From Candidatus Multivorans sp. (GTDB lineage Bacteria > Acidobacteriota > Thermoanaerobaculia > Multivoradales > Multivoraceae), in NCBI GenBank assembly GCA_965247095.1, contig OZ251997.1, positions 2,912,001 through 2,976,000 on the forward strand: 64,000 bases of DNA. Direction: 5' to 3'. The position numbers were made by a program, and so were the translations under genes. The first letter of the stretch is position 1. Every line of letters begins with the position of its first letter. Below are positions 39,471 to 48,360 of this stretch, piece by piece. The notes beneath the pieces are model-generated. The model was given only the letters and a program-made list of their open reading frames with translations. It was not told the DNA's origin and ran no database searches.

Positions 39471-40571
39471 ATGGCCGACGCCACATCGGTGCGGCTGAGC
39501 GTGCCCGGGAAGGTGATCCTGATGGGCGAGCACGCCGCCGTCTACGGGCGACCGGCGGTGGTGGCTGCTGTTGATCGTCGGCTTGAGGTGGAAGCGTGTC
39601 TGGGGCCGGTCAGCCGCGGGTTGGTGCGCGGCCGGGTTCGTCTCGACCTGCCGGACATCGATGTCCTGGAGGAGCATTCCTGGTCGGAAGTGGAGGAGTT
39701 CGCGAACCGGGCACGCCGGCGCTGGCGCGCGTTCCAGGCCGGGGAAGAGTCCTTCCGGGCGGATCGTGATCGCAACGCCCTGGTCCGCATCGCGGTCGGT
39801 GAGGCGCTGGCATCGTTGGCGCCGCCGGCGTTGGCCAGCTTGCAGAAGCGGTCGCTCGAACTGCGGCTGCGGTCGGCGATCCCGGTCGGCGCCGGGCTGG
39901 GCAGTTCGGCGGCGGCCGCGGTTGGCGTGGTCGCTGCGGTGCGGGCAGTGGCGGGTGGCTTCGACGGAGACGAACTCGCGGCGATCGAGGGCGCTGCGCT
40001 CGAAGTCGAACGGCGTCAGCACGGGTTTCCGTCGGGGATCGACAGCGGTACGGTCCTGCGTGGCGGCGTCCTCCTCGTGCGACGCGAGGGCGAAGAGCTG
40101 CGCTGCGATGACCTGCCGCAGCGGGATTGGCTGCGATGCGGCACCCTGATCGTCGATAGCGGAACGCCCGGTCAGACGACGGGCGCCGTGGTCACGACCG
40201 TTCGCATGCGCTACGAACGGGATCCCGATGGGGTTGCCGAGGTGCTCGACCGCATCGGCGCGGCGGCGGAGGCCTTTCGCGAGGCCCTCGTCGCGGACAG
40301 GGAGCCTCAGGCGGCGGCTGCGATCGCGGCGGGGCACCGCGGCCTGGTTGATCTCGGCGTCGTACCGCCGGCGATCGCGACGCGGATCGGCCGGGTCGAG
40401 GCTGCGGGCGGCGCCGCGAAGGTCTCGGGCGCCGGCGCGTTCGAGGGCGAGTCGGCGGGAGCGCTGGTCTGCATGCTCGGGGGACGGGACGTGGGTACGG
40501 TCGAAGGCCTGTCGGATCTCGCGCCGGTCGATGCGGCCATAGGCGCCGAGGGTCTGCGGTTCGAGGACTGA
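39471..40571 (+). CDS. mvk: Mevalonate kinase
   Basis: PGKVILMGEHAAVYG, PVGAGLGSSAA, HGFPSGID and AKVSGAG. Confidence 0.92.
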   Translation: MADATSVRLSVPGKVILMGEHAAVYGRPAVVAAVDRRLEVEACLGPVSRGLVRGRVRLDLPDIDVLEEHSWSEVEEFANRARRRWRAFQAGEESFRADRDRNALVRIAVGEALASLAPPALASLQKRSLELRLRSAIPVGAGLGSSAAAAVGVVAAVRAVAGGFDGDELAAIEGAALEVERRQHGFPSGIDSGTVLRGGVLLVRREGEELRCDDLPQRDWLRCGTLIVDSGTPGQTTGAVVTTVRMRYERDPDGVAEVLDRIGAAAEAFREALVADREPQAAAAIAAGHRGLVDLGVVPPAIATRIGRVEAAGGAAKVSGAGAFEGESAGALVCMLGGRDVGTVEGLSDLAPVDAAIGAEGLRFED

Positions 40572-40613
40572 CCTTGGGAGCCGAATGCGGCCGACCTGCC
40601 GGCGTTTCCAAGG
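40572..40613. repeat. Degenerate REP-like inverted repeat
   Basis: ccttgggag...gccggcgtttccaagg; the ends are complementary and resemble the cctgggaac end of the other copies. Confidence 0.4.
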
Positions 40614-40648
40614 CGGCTGTGCGGCGGCTGTAGGCTCGGCAGCGAATC

Positions 40649-41713
40649 ATGAGTTCCACCTTCGAACCGGCGCGCGAGCCGGGCCCGGTGACCGCGGAGG
40701 CGCCGTCGAACATCGCCTTCATCAAGTACTGGGGCGCCCGCGATCTCGAAGGCGATTCTGAGGGTCCGGTGCCGTTCAACCGATCCCTGTCGATGACCCT
40801 CGACGCGTGCCGTTCCATCTGTTCGGCGTCGCCGCTCCCGGACGGCAGGGACGACGAGATCTCGTGGCTGGACAAGCCGGCCGGCGACCGGCCGGGCGCC
40901 CCGGTCGAGCCGCCCCCGGCCTTCGTCGAGCGCACGAAGCGGCACCTCGACCGGCTGCGCGAGTGGTCGCGTCAGACCGCGGCGCCGTACGCAGGCGGGT
41001 TCCGGATCGCGACGTACAACACCTTCCCGACGGCTGCCGGCATCGCCTCGTCGGCTTCCGGTTTCACGGCCTTGACGCTTGCCGTCGCGACCTGCATGGG
41101 CTTCGACCTCGCGCCGCGAACGCTCTCCGGGCTGTCGCGGAGCAGCGGGTCGGGTTCGGCCGCGCGTTCCGCCTGGGGCGGCTACGTGGAGTGGCCGGAC
41201 GCGGACAGCAAGGCGGCAGTTCAGATCCTGGACGAGCGGGCCTGGGTGCTGTGCGATCTGGTCGCCGTCGTCGAGACCGGGGCGAAGAAGGTGTCGTCGC
41301 GGGACGGCCACCGGCGGGCCGAGAGCAGTCCATACTTCGCGCCGCGTCTGGCCGCGCTCGACGGAAGGCTGGAGCGGGTGCGCGCCGCGTTGTGTGGCCG
41401 CGACTTCGAGGCGCTCGGCGACGCGGTCGAGGAGGAGGGGATCGAGCTGCACCTGATCGCGATGTCCTCCCGGCCGCCGGTCTACTACTGGTCGCCGGGG
41501 ACGATCGAGGTGCTGGCGGCGGTCCGCGGCTTGCGGGCCGACGGCGTTGCCGCCTACGCCACGATGGACGCCGGCGCGAACGTCCACGTGATCTGCCAAC
41601 CGGCCGATGCGCCGCAGGTGGCGGACCGGTTGGAGGCGCTCGACAGCGTCCAGTACGTCCTGCGCGACCGCACCGGGGGCCCGCCGGTGTGGCGGAGCGG
41701 CGCCGAACTCTGA
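40649..41713 (+). CDS. mvaD: (Di)phosphomevalonate decarboxylase, probably acting on mevalonate 5-phosphate
   Basis: NIAFIKYWG, SLSMTL, FPTAAGIASSASG, GSGSAARS and TMDAGANV. Substrate is inferred from the adjacent ipk and the absence of pmk. Confidence 0.9.
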   Translation: MSSTFEPAREPGPVTAEAPSNIAFIKYWGARDLEGDSEGPVPFNRSLSMTLDACRSICSASPLPDGRDDEISWLDKPAGDRPGAPVEPPPAFVERTKRHLDRLREWSRQTAAPYAGGFRIATYNTFPTAAGIASSASGFTALTLAVATCMGFDLAPRTLSGLSRSSGSGSAARSAWGGYVEWPDADSKAAVQILDERAWVLCDLVAVVETGAKKVSSRDGHRRAESSPYFAPRLAALDGRLERVRAALCGRDFEALGDAVEEEGIELHLIAMSSRPPVYYWSPGTIEVLAAVRGLRADGVAAYATMDAGANVHVICQPADAPQVADRLEALDSVQYVLRDRTGGPPVWRSGAEL

Positions 41714-41715
41714 TC

Positions 41716-42603
41716 ATGGCCGCCGGCTCGAGGCAGGAAGAGACCGATGCGCGCGGTCGGTTGAGCGTGACCCTGGTCAAGCTCGGCGGCAGCCTGATCA
41801 CCGACAAGACGAAACCGCGCACCGTCGAGAGGGAGCATTTGGGTCGCCTAGCGGCCGAGATCGCCGCCGGGTGGTCGGGCGGCGGCCTGATCGTCGGCCA
41901 CGGCAGCGGCTCCTTCGGTCACCCGGAGGCGCGGGCGGCCGGCCTGGTCGGAGGCGCTGGCGGTCGGCGGCTCGACTCGCCGGCGGACCGCATGGGCATC
42001 GCCCGCACGCAGTCCGCTGCACAGGCTCTGCACCGGACGATCGTCTCCAGTCTGATCGATGCCGGGGTGCCGGCGTACTCCCAGCCGCCGTCCGGATTCC
42101 TGGTCGCGGAGGACGGCAAGCCGCACGGTGATCCCCCCGCGCCCCTGGCCGAAGCTCTGCGGTCGGGCCTGGTGCCGGTAACCATGGGTGACGTGGCGAT
42201 CGACCGCCGGCGCGGGGCGGCGATCGTCTCGACCGAGACGGTGTTCGAGTTCCTGGCCGGCGCGCTGCCTGCGCTCGGGATCGAGGTGCGGCGCGCCTTG
42301 TGGCTGGGTGTTGTGGCGGGCGTCCTGGATGACGCGGGACGGCTGATTCCGCGCATCGACGAGACGAACATCGAGGCCGCTTCGGCGGCCGCCGGCGGTT
42401 CGGCGGCGGTCGACGTGACCGGCGGCATGGAGCACCGCCTGGTCACCGCATGGCGTTTGGCCCGGGGCGGCGTGGAGTCGCTGATTCTCGACGGCCGCGA
42501 GCCGGGCCTGCTGGAATCCGTGCTTCGGCATCCGGGACGGGCGGCGGAAGTCGCCGGTACACTCGTCCGTTCCAGCGAACGACCCTGGAGATCGCCTACG
42601 TAG
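41716..42603 (+). CDS. ipk: Isopentenyl phosphate kinase
   Basis: VKLGGSLITDK, GHGSGSFGH (IPK-specific His), GD and DVTGGM. Confidence 0.9.
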   Translation: MAAGSRQEETDARGRLSVTLVKLGGSLITDKTKPRTVEREHLGRLAAEIAAGWSGGGLIVGHGSGSFGHPEARAAGLVGGAGGRRLDSPADRMGIARTQSAAQALHRTIVSSLIDAGVPAYSQPPSGFLVAEDGKPHGDPPAPLAEALRSGLVPVTMGDVAIDRRRGAAIVSTETVFEFLAGALPALGIEVRRALWLGVVAGVLDDAGRLIPRIDETNIEAASAAAGGSAAVDVTGGMEHRLVTAWRLARGGVESLILDGREPGLLESVLRHPGRAAEVAGTLVRSSERPWRSPT

Positions 42604-42641
42604 GCACGCGCGGCCGCCACGCCACGTGCCGTTCCGACATC

Positions 42642-43322
42642 ATGAACATGCGCGCGAGCAGCACAGTCGAGGACTACCTGAAGTGCATCTTCCGGGCCGA
42701 GCAGGAGGCGCGGCAGAGCGGGCAGGACCTCGTGCCCATGGGCCGGATCGCGGCTCTCCTGGAGGTGGCGCCGGCTTCGGTCACCGCGATGATGAAGACC
42801 CTGGCCGAGTCCGGTCTGGTCGCCTACGAGCCCTACAGCGGTGTGCGGCTGGCGCCCGCGGGCCGCAAGCTGGCGGCGCACGTCCTCAGGCGGCACCGGC
42901 TGGTCGAGCTGTTTCTGGTCAACAAGATGGGGTTCGACTGGAGCGAGGTTCACTCCGAAGCCGAACTGCTCGAGCACGCGGTTTCCGAACGGATGATCGA
43001 GCGGATGGACGAGATGCTGGGCCATCCGTCAGTCGACCCGCACGGCGATCCGATCCCCAGGGCAGACGGCCACATCGAGATCGTGGATCATCCCAGCCTT
43101 CTGAAGTGCGCGCTGAACTGCACGGTCGAGGTCGTGCGGGTCACCGATCAGGACGCCGAGTTCCTGCGCTTCGCCGAGCGCGAGGGTCTGACGCCGGGGA
43201 AGTCGGTCGAGGTGGCGGCGCGGGACGAGACCGCGGGCAGCGTCGCGGTGATCTCCGGGACGCGACAGCTCAGCCTGGGCTTCCCGGCCGCCTCCAAGGT
43301 GCTGGTGCGAGAGGCGCCGTGA
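42642..43322 (+). CDS. DtxR/MntR family metal-dependent regulator with FeoA-like domain
   Basis: VEDYLKCI, RRHRLVELFL, EAELLEH and DPHGDPIP. Confidence 0.92.
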   Translation: MNMRASSTVEDYLKCIFRAEQEARQSGQDLVPMGRIAALLEVAPASVTAMMKTLAESGLVAYEPYSGVRLAPAGRKLAAHVLRRHRLVELFLVNKMGFDWSEVHSEAELLEHAVSERMIERMDEMLGHPSVDPHGDPIPRADGHIEIVDHPSLLKCALNCTVEVVRVTDQDAEFLRFAEREGLTPGKSVEVAARDETAGSVAVISGTRQLSLGFPAASKVLVREAP

Positions 43323-43323
43323 G

Positions 43324-43414
43324 CTAGCGCGGCAGAACTCCCAGAGGCCGGCGCTCCGCGCCGGATGCGGGCAAGATGCCCGCGTTCCCAGGTCGGATCG
43401 TTCTGCCGCGCTAG
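43324..43414. repeat. 91-bp MITE-like element with perfect 15-bp terminal inverted repeats
   Basis: CTAGCGCGGCAGAAC (43324-43338) and GTTCTGCCGCGCTAG (43400-43414); internal hairpins ccggcgc-tcc-gcgccgg and gcgggca-aga-tgcccgc. Confidence 0.75.
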
Positions 43415-43929
43415 GCCGCCGTCTCGCCGCCGGTCGGGGTGACCACGAACAGCGGATCGCCCCGGTCGACGGTCTGACCGACCTCGACCAGGAGCTTGTC
43501 CAGGCGGCCATCGATCTCCGACTGGATCTCGTTCTCCATCTTCATCGCCTCGAGCACGAGGACACCCTGGCCGGAGGCCACTTCCTCGCCTTCGCCGGCG
43601 AGCACCGCGGTCACGCGGCCGGGCATGTAGGCCGTGGCCTCGAACACGCCGTCCTCGGGCTGCTGTGCGGCGGCGGCGAAGTCCCGCGACCGGGGGTCGA
43701 TCACCCGCAGTTCGGATCCGTCGACGACGTAGACGCCCTTGCCGAGGGCGCGCACACTCGCGGTCGCCTGGCGTCCGTTAACGATCACGCTCAGCATGTC
43801 CGGCCGGCCCACCGTCGCGGCGTCGACCCGGTACTCGCGGCCGTCGACGGCAATGGTCCAGTTGCCGTCCGCTTCGGCCTGGGCCTCGACCAGAACTTCA
43901 CGGTCGGCGCTGGCGACGATCAGTTCCAA
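43411..43929 (-). CDS. Biotin carboxyl carrier protein
   Basis: MPGRV and LEAMKMENEI biotinylation motif. Confidence 0.92.
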   Translation of the reverse strand: MELIVASADREVLVEAQAEADGNWTIAVDGREYRVDAATVGRPDMLSVIVNGRQATASVRALGKGVYVVDGSELRVIDPRSRDFAAAAQQPEDGVFEATAYMPGRVTAVLAGEGEEVASGQGVLVLEAMKMENEIQSEIDGRLDKLLVEVGQTVDRGDPLFVVTPTGGETAA

Positions 43930-45464
43930 GTCGTTCCCCGCCTGCTGTCGCGGCGCGCGGCGAGCTGCCAGTTGGAGCGCGTCGCGTCGCTCTTGGACGT
44001 CGCCGCGGCGCCGTTCGCGTGGTTGCGCCCGAGGTGGGCTAGGACCGCTGCCAGCACCGGCAGGTCGCCTTCAAGCGTGTCGCCGTTCGCGGTGGGCGCC
44101 CGGAGGTCGCCGTTCTCCAGCTTGCGGTCGAGCATAGAGATGTCCATGTTGCCGGCGAGGAAGTCCTCGTCTTCGAGCAGCAACTCGAACAGGGCCAGGT
44201 TGGTGCGGATGCCCTCGACCCGGGTTTCGGCCAGGGCCCGCCGCAACCGCGCCAGGGCGTGGGCGCGGTCGCGGCCCCAGACGATCAGCTTGGCGAGCAG
44301 GGGGTCGTAGTGGATCGTGACCTCGGCGCCCTCGTAGACGCCGCAGTCGTTGCGGACCCCCGGACCTTCGGGCAGGCGGAGCAGCTCGATCCTCCCGGGC
44401 GACGGAGCGAAGCCCCGGAACGGATCCTCCGCGTAGAGGCGGACCTCGACCGCATGGCCGCGGGGTTCGATGCCGCTGCGTAGCGCTTCCGGCAGCGCCT
44501 CGCCGGCGGCAATGTCCAGTTGCGCGTCCACGATGTCGATGCCCGTGACCGCTTCGGTCACCGGGTGCTCGACCTGGATTCTGGTGTTCATCTCGAGAAA
44601 GTAGAACTCGCCGTCGGGGTCGAGAAGGAACTCGACCGTGCCGGCGCCGACGTAGTTCACGGTTTCGGCGGCGCGCACCGCGGCCGCGCCCATGCGCCGG
44701 CGCAGGTCCGGGTCCACCGCCGGCGACGGCGCTTCCTCGACGACTTTCTGGTGGCGTCGTTGAAGCGAGCACTCCCGTTCCCCGAGAGAGACGACCCGCC
44801 CGTGCCGGTCGCCCAGGATCTGGATCTCGACGTGCCGGGGACGCTCGACGAAGCGCTCGATGTAGACGGACGCGTCGTTGAAGCTGGCGCCGGCTTCGGA
44901 GGAGGCGCCCCGGAACGCGGCCGCGAGTTCCTCCTCTGCGCGCACCAGGCGCATGCCCTTGCCGCCGCCTCCGGCCGAGGCCTTGAGCATCACCGGATAG
45001 CCGATCTCCCTGGCGGCGGCTCGGGCTGCGGCGGCGTCGGCCAGGGGCTCGGTACCGCCCGGCACGATCGGAACTCCGGCCGCCGTCATCAGGCGCCGGC
45101 TCTCGATCTTCGACCCCATGGCCGCGATCGCCTGCGAGGACGGGCCGATGAAGGTCACGCCGCGCTCCTCGCAGCGGCGGGCGAAGTCGGCGTTCTCGGA
45201 CAGGAAGCCGTAGCCGGGGTGAATCGCGTCGGCACCGATGTCTGTGGCCAGGTCGACGATCTTCCCGGCCAGCAGATAGCTCTCGATGGACGGCGCCGGA
45301 CCGATGCAGTGGGCCTCGTCGGCCATCTGGGTCGCCAGGCCGTCTCGATCCGCCTCGGAGTAGATGGCGACGGAGACGATGCCGCGCTCCCGCAGCGCCC
45401 TGATGATGCGCACCGCGATCTCGCCGCGGTTCGCGACCAACACCTTCTGCAACCTGTTCGTCAT
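43920..45464 (-). CDS. Biotin carboxylase subunit of an acyl-CoA carboxylase
   Basis: KVLVANRGEIA, HPGYGFLSEN, GGGGKGMR, RECSLQRRHQK and EMNTRIQVEHP. Confidence 0.95.
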   Translation of the reverse strand: MTNRLQKVLVANRGEIAVRIIRALRERGIVSVAIYSEADRDGLATQMADEAHCIGPAPSIESYLLAGKIVDLATDIGADAIHPGYGFLSENADFARRCEERGVTFIGPSSQAIAAMGSKIESRRLMTAAGVPIVPGGTEPLADAAAARAAAREIGYPVMLKASAGGGGKGMRLVRAEEELAAAFRGASSEAGASFNDASVYIERFVERPRHVEIQILGDRHGRVVSLGERECSLQRRHQKVVEEAPSPAVDPDLRRRMGAAAVRAAETVNYVGAGTVEFLLDPDGEFYFLEMNTRIQVEHPVTEAVTGIDIVDAQLDIAAGEALPEALRSGIEPRGHAVEVRLYAEDPFRGFAPSPGRIELLRLPEGPGVRNDCGVYEGAEVTIHYDPLLAKLIVWGRDRAHALARLRRALAETRVEGIRTNLALFELLLEDEDFLAGNMDISMLDRKLENGDLRAPTANGDTLEGDLPVLAAVLAHLGRNHANGAAATSKSDATRSNWQLAARRDSRRGTTWN

Positions 45465-45560
45465 GCCAGGAGGCGAATCCTAGCGCCGCGCAAGCTCCTG
45501 GGCCCGAAAGCCCGGCCCGCACGGGAGTTATAGTGTTTGTTCCTACTTGCAGGAGAGACG

Positions 45561-46552
45561 ATGAACGTGGAAGGAAGCCTCGGACATGACGGCGGCGGCG
45601 GCGAGAAGTGGGGTCCTCCGGTGACCAGGAAATCCCTGATGCGAGGCGGTCTGGCGGCGCTGCTGGTGGCGCCGTGGACGGCATCGTCTCTCGGCGCTGG
45701 AGGCGGTCAGGAATCGGACGATTCCGATGCCGAGGCGTCGGGCCGGACCCAGGGTTCTGGCGCCACCGACGACGAGATCGTCCTCGGTGTGTCCGCCGCC
45801 TTTTCGGGCCCGTCGAGGGGTTTGGGCGCCGAGCTCTACCGGGGCGCCATCGCCTACTTCAACCAGGTGAACGACAACGGCGGCATCGAAGGCCGCAGGA
45901 TCAGCATGAAGCTGTACGACGACGGGTATCAGCCCGACCCGTGCGTCCAGAACACGATGAGGCTCATGCTGGAGGACAAGGTGTTCCTTCTGTTCGGCTA
46001 TGTGGGAACGCCGACCGTGACCCGCGTGCTGCCGATCCTCAAGAAGTTCCAGAACGAGAGCATCTTCCTGTTCTTCCCCTTCACGGGCGCCCAGCCGCAG
46101 CGTGAGCCGCCCTACGGCGATTTCGCCTTCAACCTGCGGGCTTCCTACAACCAGGAGACGGCCGGGCTCGTCGACAACCTGGTGGGCATCGGCAAGCGGC
46201 GGATCGCGGTCTTCTACCAGATCGACGCCTACGGGCGGAGCGGCTGGGCGGGCGTCCGGGCGGCGCTGGCGAAGCACGGAGAGAAGCTCGCCGGCGAAGC
46301 CACCTACAGCCGGGGCGAAAGTTCACGGGCAGCATGAGGAAGCAGGTGGAGATCCTCCGGCGGCTCGGTCCGAGCCCTGGCCGGGCGGGACTGGAGGAAG
46401 CCGTGTTCTCCGTCCGCGACTTCGATCTCGGGATCAGCGAGCGGGTGTCGTTCGGACCCGATCGGCGCCAGGGGCTTCAGAGCGTGTACCACGCCGTCGT
46501 GGAAGACGGTCGATTCGTGCCCTTGGACGACTGGGGAGCCAGGTTCGCCTGA
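45561..46552 (+). pseudogene. LivJ-like periplasmic binding protein, frameshifted and internally deleted
   Basis: GVSAAFSGP, YDDGYQP, GYVGTPT and NLRASY. Frameshift near 46318; the C-terminal remnant is ORF 46334-46552; combined length is short for the fold. Confidence 0.7.
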
Positions 46553-46569
46553 GATCGGTTTCTCCTGAG

Positions 46570-47057
46570 ATGAGAATCCACAGGCTGTTTCAGAAGACGA
46601 GGTGCGGCATTTTCGCCGTCTTCGGCCTGATCGTCCTGTCGACTTCGATTCTCTGCATCTACACCGTCGACACGGAACTGTTGGCAGAGTACGAGACCAA
46701 CACCCAGAACATTGCCAAGACGATCGCGGACTCGAGCGTCGGCATTCTCCTGGATGTCGTGGCGCTCAAGATTCAACGGGCGATCGGGCAGCAGGTCTAC
46801 CTGATCTGCGTCATCCTGGTCCTCGGCGTGCTGGCCTCGATCTGGCTGATCAACCTGGCGGCGAAGCCGCTTGGAGAACTCCTCGCCTACGCGGTGGAAC
46901 TGGCCAAGGACGGCGAGAAGGAGGAACTTGCCGAGCGCGACATTCTCGGGCGCGACGACGAAGTGGGGCACTTGGCGCGTCTGTTTCTTCACGTAAGGCG
47001 GCAGGGGGCCGAAGGGGGACGCAGACAGCGGCTTCGGGCGTTCCGGGGCAGGAGTAG
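46570..47057 (+). pseudogene. Two-TM HAMP-domain protein, probably internally deleted or truncated
   Basis: TM, a very short periplasmic loop, TM, then KPLGEL...RDDEVGHLARLF; the frame runs on into the next gene. Confidence 0.55.
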
Positions 47058-47066
47058 GCGGTCGGC

Positions 47067-48329
47067 GTGCGGGTACCGAGGACCGTCATCGCCCTGCTGT
47101 GCACGACGCTGCAGTTGTGCTTCGGGACGGTCTACGCCTGGAGCTTCTTCCAGACGATGCTCGTCCGGCAGGTTGGGTGGACGTTCTCGCAGACGGCATG
47201 GGCCTTCAGCATCACGATCTTCTCGCTCGGCGTATCGGCGGCGTGGGCCGGACAGATGCTGCCGCGGCTCGGGCCGAGGAAGCTGGCGGTGATCGGCAGC
47301 GTGATGTTCTCGGGCGGTTACGTCATCGCGGCCGGCTCCCTGACACTGGGCATGCTGCCCCTCTTCTACCTCGGCTACGGGGTGATCGGCGGCGCCGGCA
47401 TCGGGCTGGGTTACGTGACTCCGGTGGCGACGGTCGCGAAGTGGTTTCCGGACCACAAGGGGCTGGTCACCGGGATCGTCGTCATGGACCTGGCTCAGGT
47501 CTTTCTCTGGCTCGGCATCATCTTCGCCTGCGTTCTGATCCCCTGCAGTCTGTTGTTGAGCGATCCGCCGGCGCCGTCGACGCTCCCGACCCAGGTTGCC
47601 GGGCCGTCGGGGGCGGCCGGGCTTCCAGGAGCGGAAGCGCTGCCGGAGGAGTCCCTGGCGGTCAAGACCTATCTCGGGTCTCAGCAGTTCGTGTTCATGT
47701 GGATCGTGTTCTTCTTCAACATCGCGGCTGGCATCACGGTGATCAGTTTCCAGTCCGAGCTGCTGCAGGAGGTCTGGGGACTCTCCGACCCGTCCCTCGA
47801 GCCGGCGACGCTCGCCGAGTACGGAGCGACGCTCATCGCGATCAGTTCCCTTTGCAATGGAGTCGGGCGGCTGTTCTGGGGTCTTCTATCCGATCGCCTC
47901 GGGCGGGTCAGAGTCTTCCGCATCCTGCTCGCGAGCCAGATGGTGGTCTTCGGCTTTCTGATGACGGAGACGAACCCCTGGGTCTTCTCGGCCCTCGTGT
48001 GCTATGTCCTGCTCTGTTTTGGAGGCGGATTCGCCACGATGCCTCCCTTCGTCCTCGACGTGTTCGGGTCGAAGAAGATGTCCTCCATCTACGGCGCGGT
48101 GTTGACTGCCTGGGCGGCGGCTGGGCTCGTCGGGCCCGTGTACCTGGGCTACCTGAAGGACGTGTACCCGGATCGGGCCGTCATGTACTGCTTCCTGGTC
48201 GGAATCCTGATGCTTGGCGGCGGCTACCTGTTCTCCTACCTGCTGACCGACAACCGGATTCGGCTGGGGCGCCCGACTCTCGAAGGGACGCTTCGCGAGT
48301 ACGGGATTCCGGTTCCCGGCAAGGGGTAG
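47067..48329 (+). CDS. OFA-family MFS transporter (oxalate/formate antiporter-like), possibly internally deleted
   Basis: GTVYAWS, GLGYVTPV...KWFPDHKGLVTG, NGVGRLFWG.LSDRLGR and FGGGF; appears to lack the GFG.G helix after GIVVM. Confidence 0.8.
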   Translation: MRVPRTVIALLCTTLQLCFGTVYAWSFFQTMLVRQVGWTFSQTAWAFSITIFSLGVSAAWAGQMLPRLGPRKLAVIGSVMFSGGYVIAAGSLTLGMLPLFYLGYGVIGGAGIGLGYVTPVATVAKWFPDHKGLVTGIVVMDLAQVFLWLGIIFACVLIPCSLLLSDPPAPSTLPTQVAGPSGAAGLPGAEALPEESLAVKTYLGSQQFVFMWIVFFFNIAAGITVISFQSELLQEVWGLSDPSLEPATLAEYGATLIAISSLCNGVGRLFWGLLSDRLGRVRVFRILLASQMVVFGFLMTETNPWVFSALVCYVLLCFGGGFATMPPFVLDVFGSKKMSSIYGAVLTAWAAAGLVGPVYLGYLKDVYPDRAVMYCFLVGILMLGGGYLFSYLLTDNRIRLGRPTLEGTLREYGIPVPGKG

Positions 48330-48360
48330 CTGCCGGAAGCCGTTGGGCTCCGCGCCTGCT

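Noticed and set aside
37755-40337. Long antisense ORFs (also 3085-5190, 5620-7419, 15898-17445, 19267-21531 and 62026-63429)
   Set aside because: They lie opposite well-supported genes and show no recognisable motifs.
40807-41715. 598-aa ORF as an extended IPK (likewise ORFs 26708-27979, 35841-37034 and 59049-60671)
   Set aside because: The upstream parts are Arg/Pro/Gly-rich alternative frames of the preceding genes, typical of high-GC DNA.
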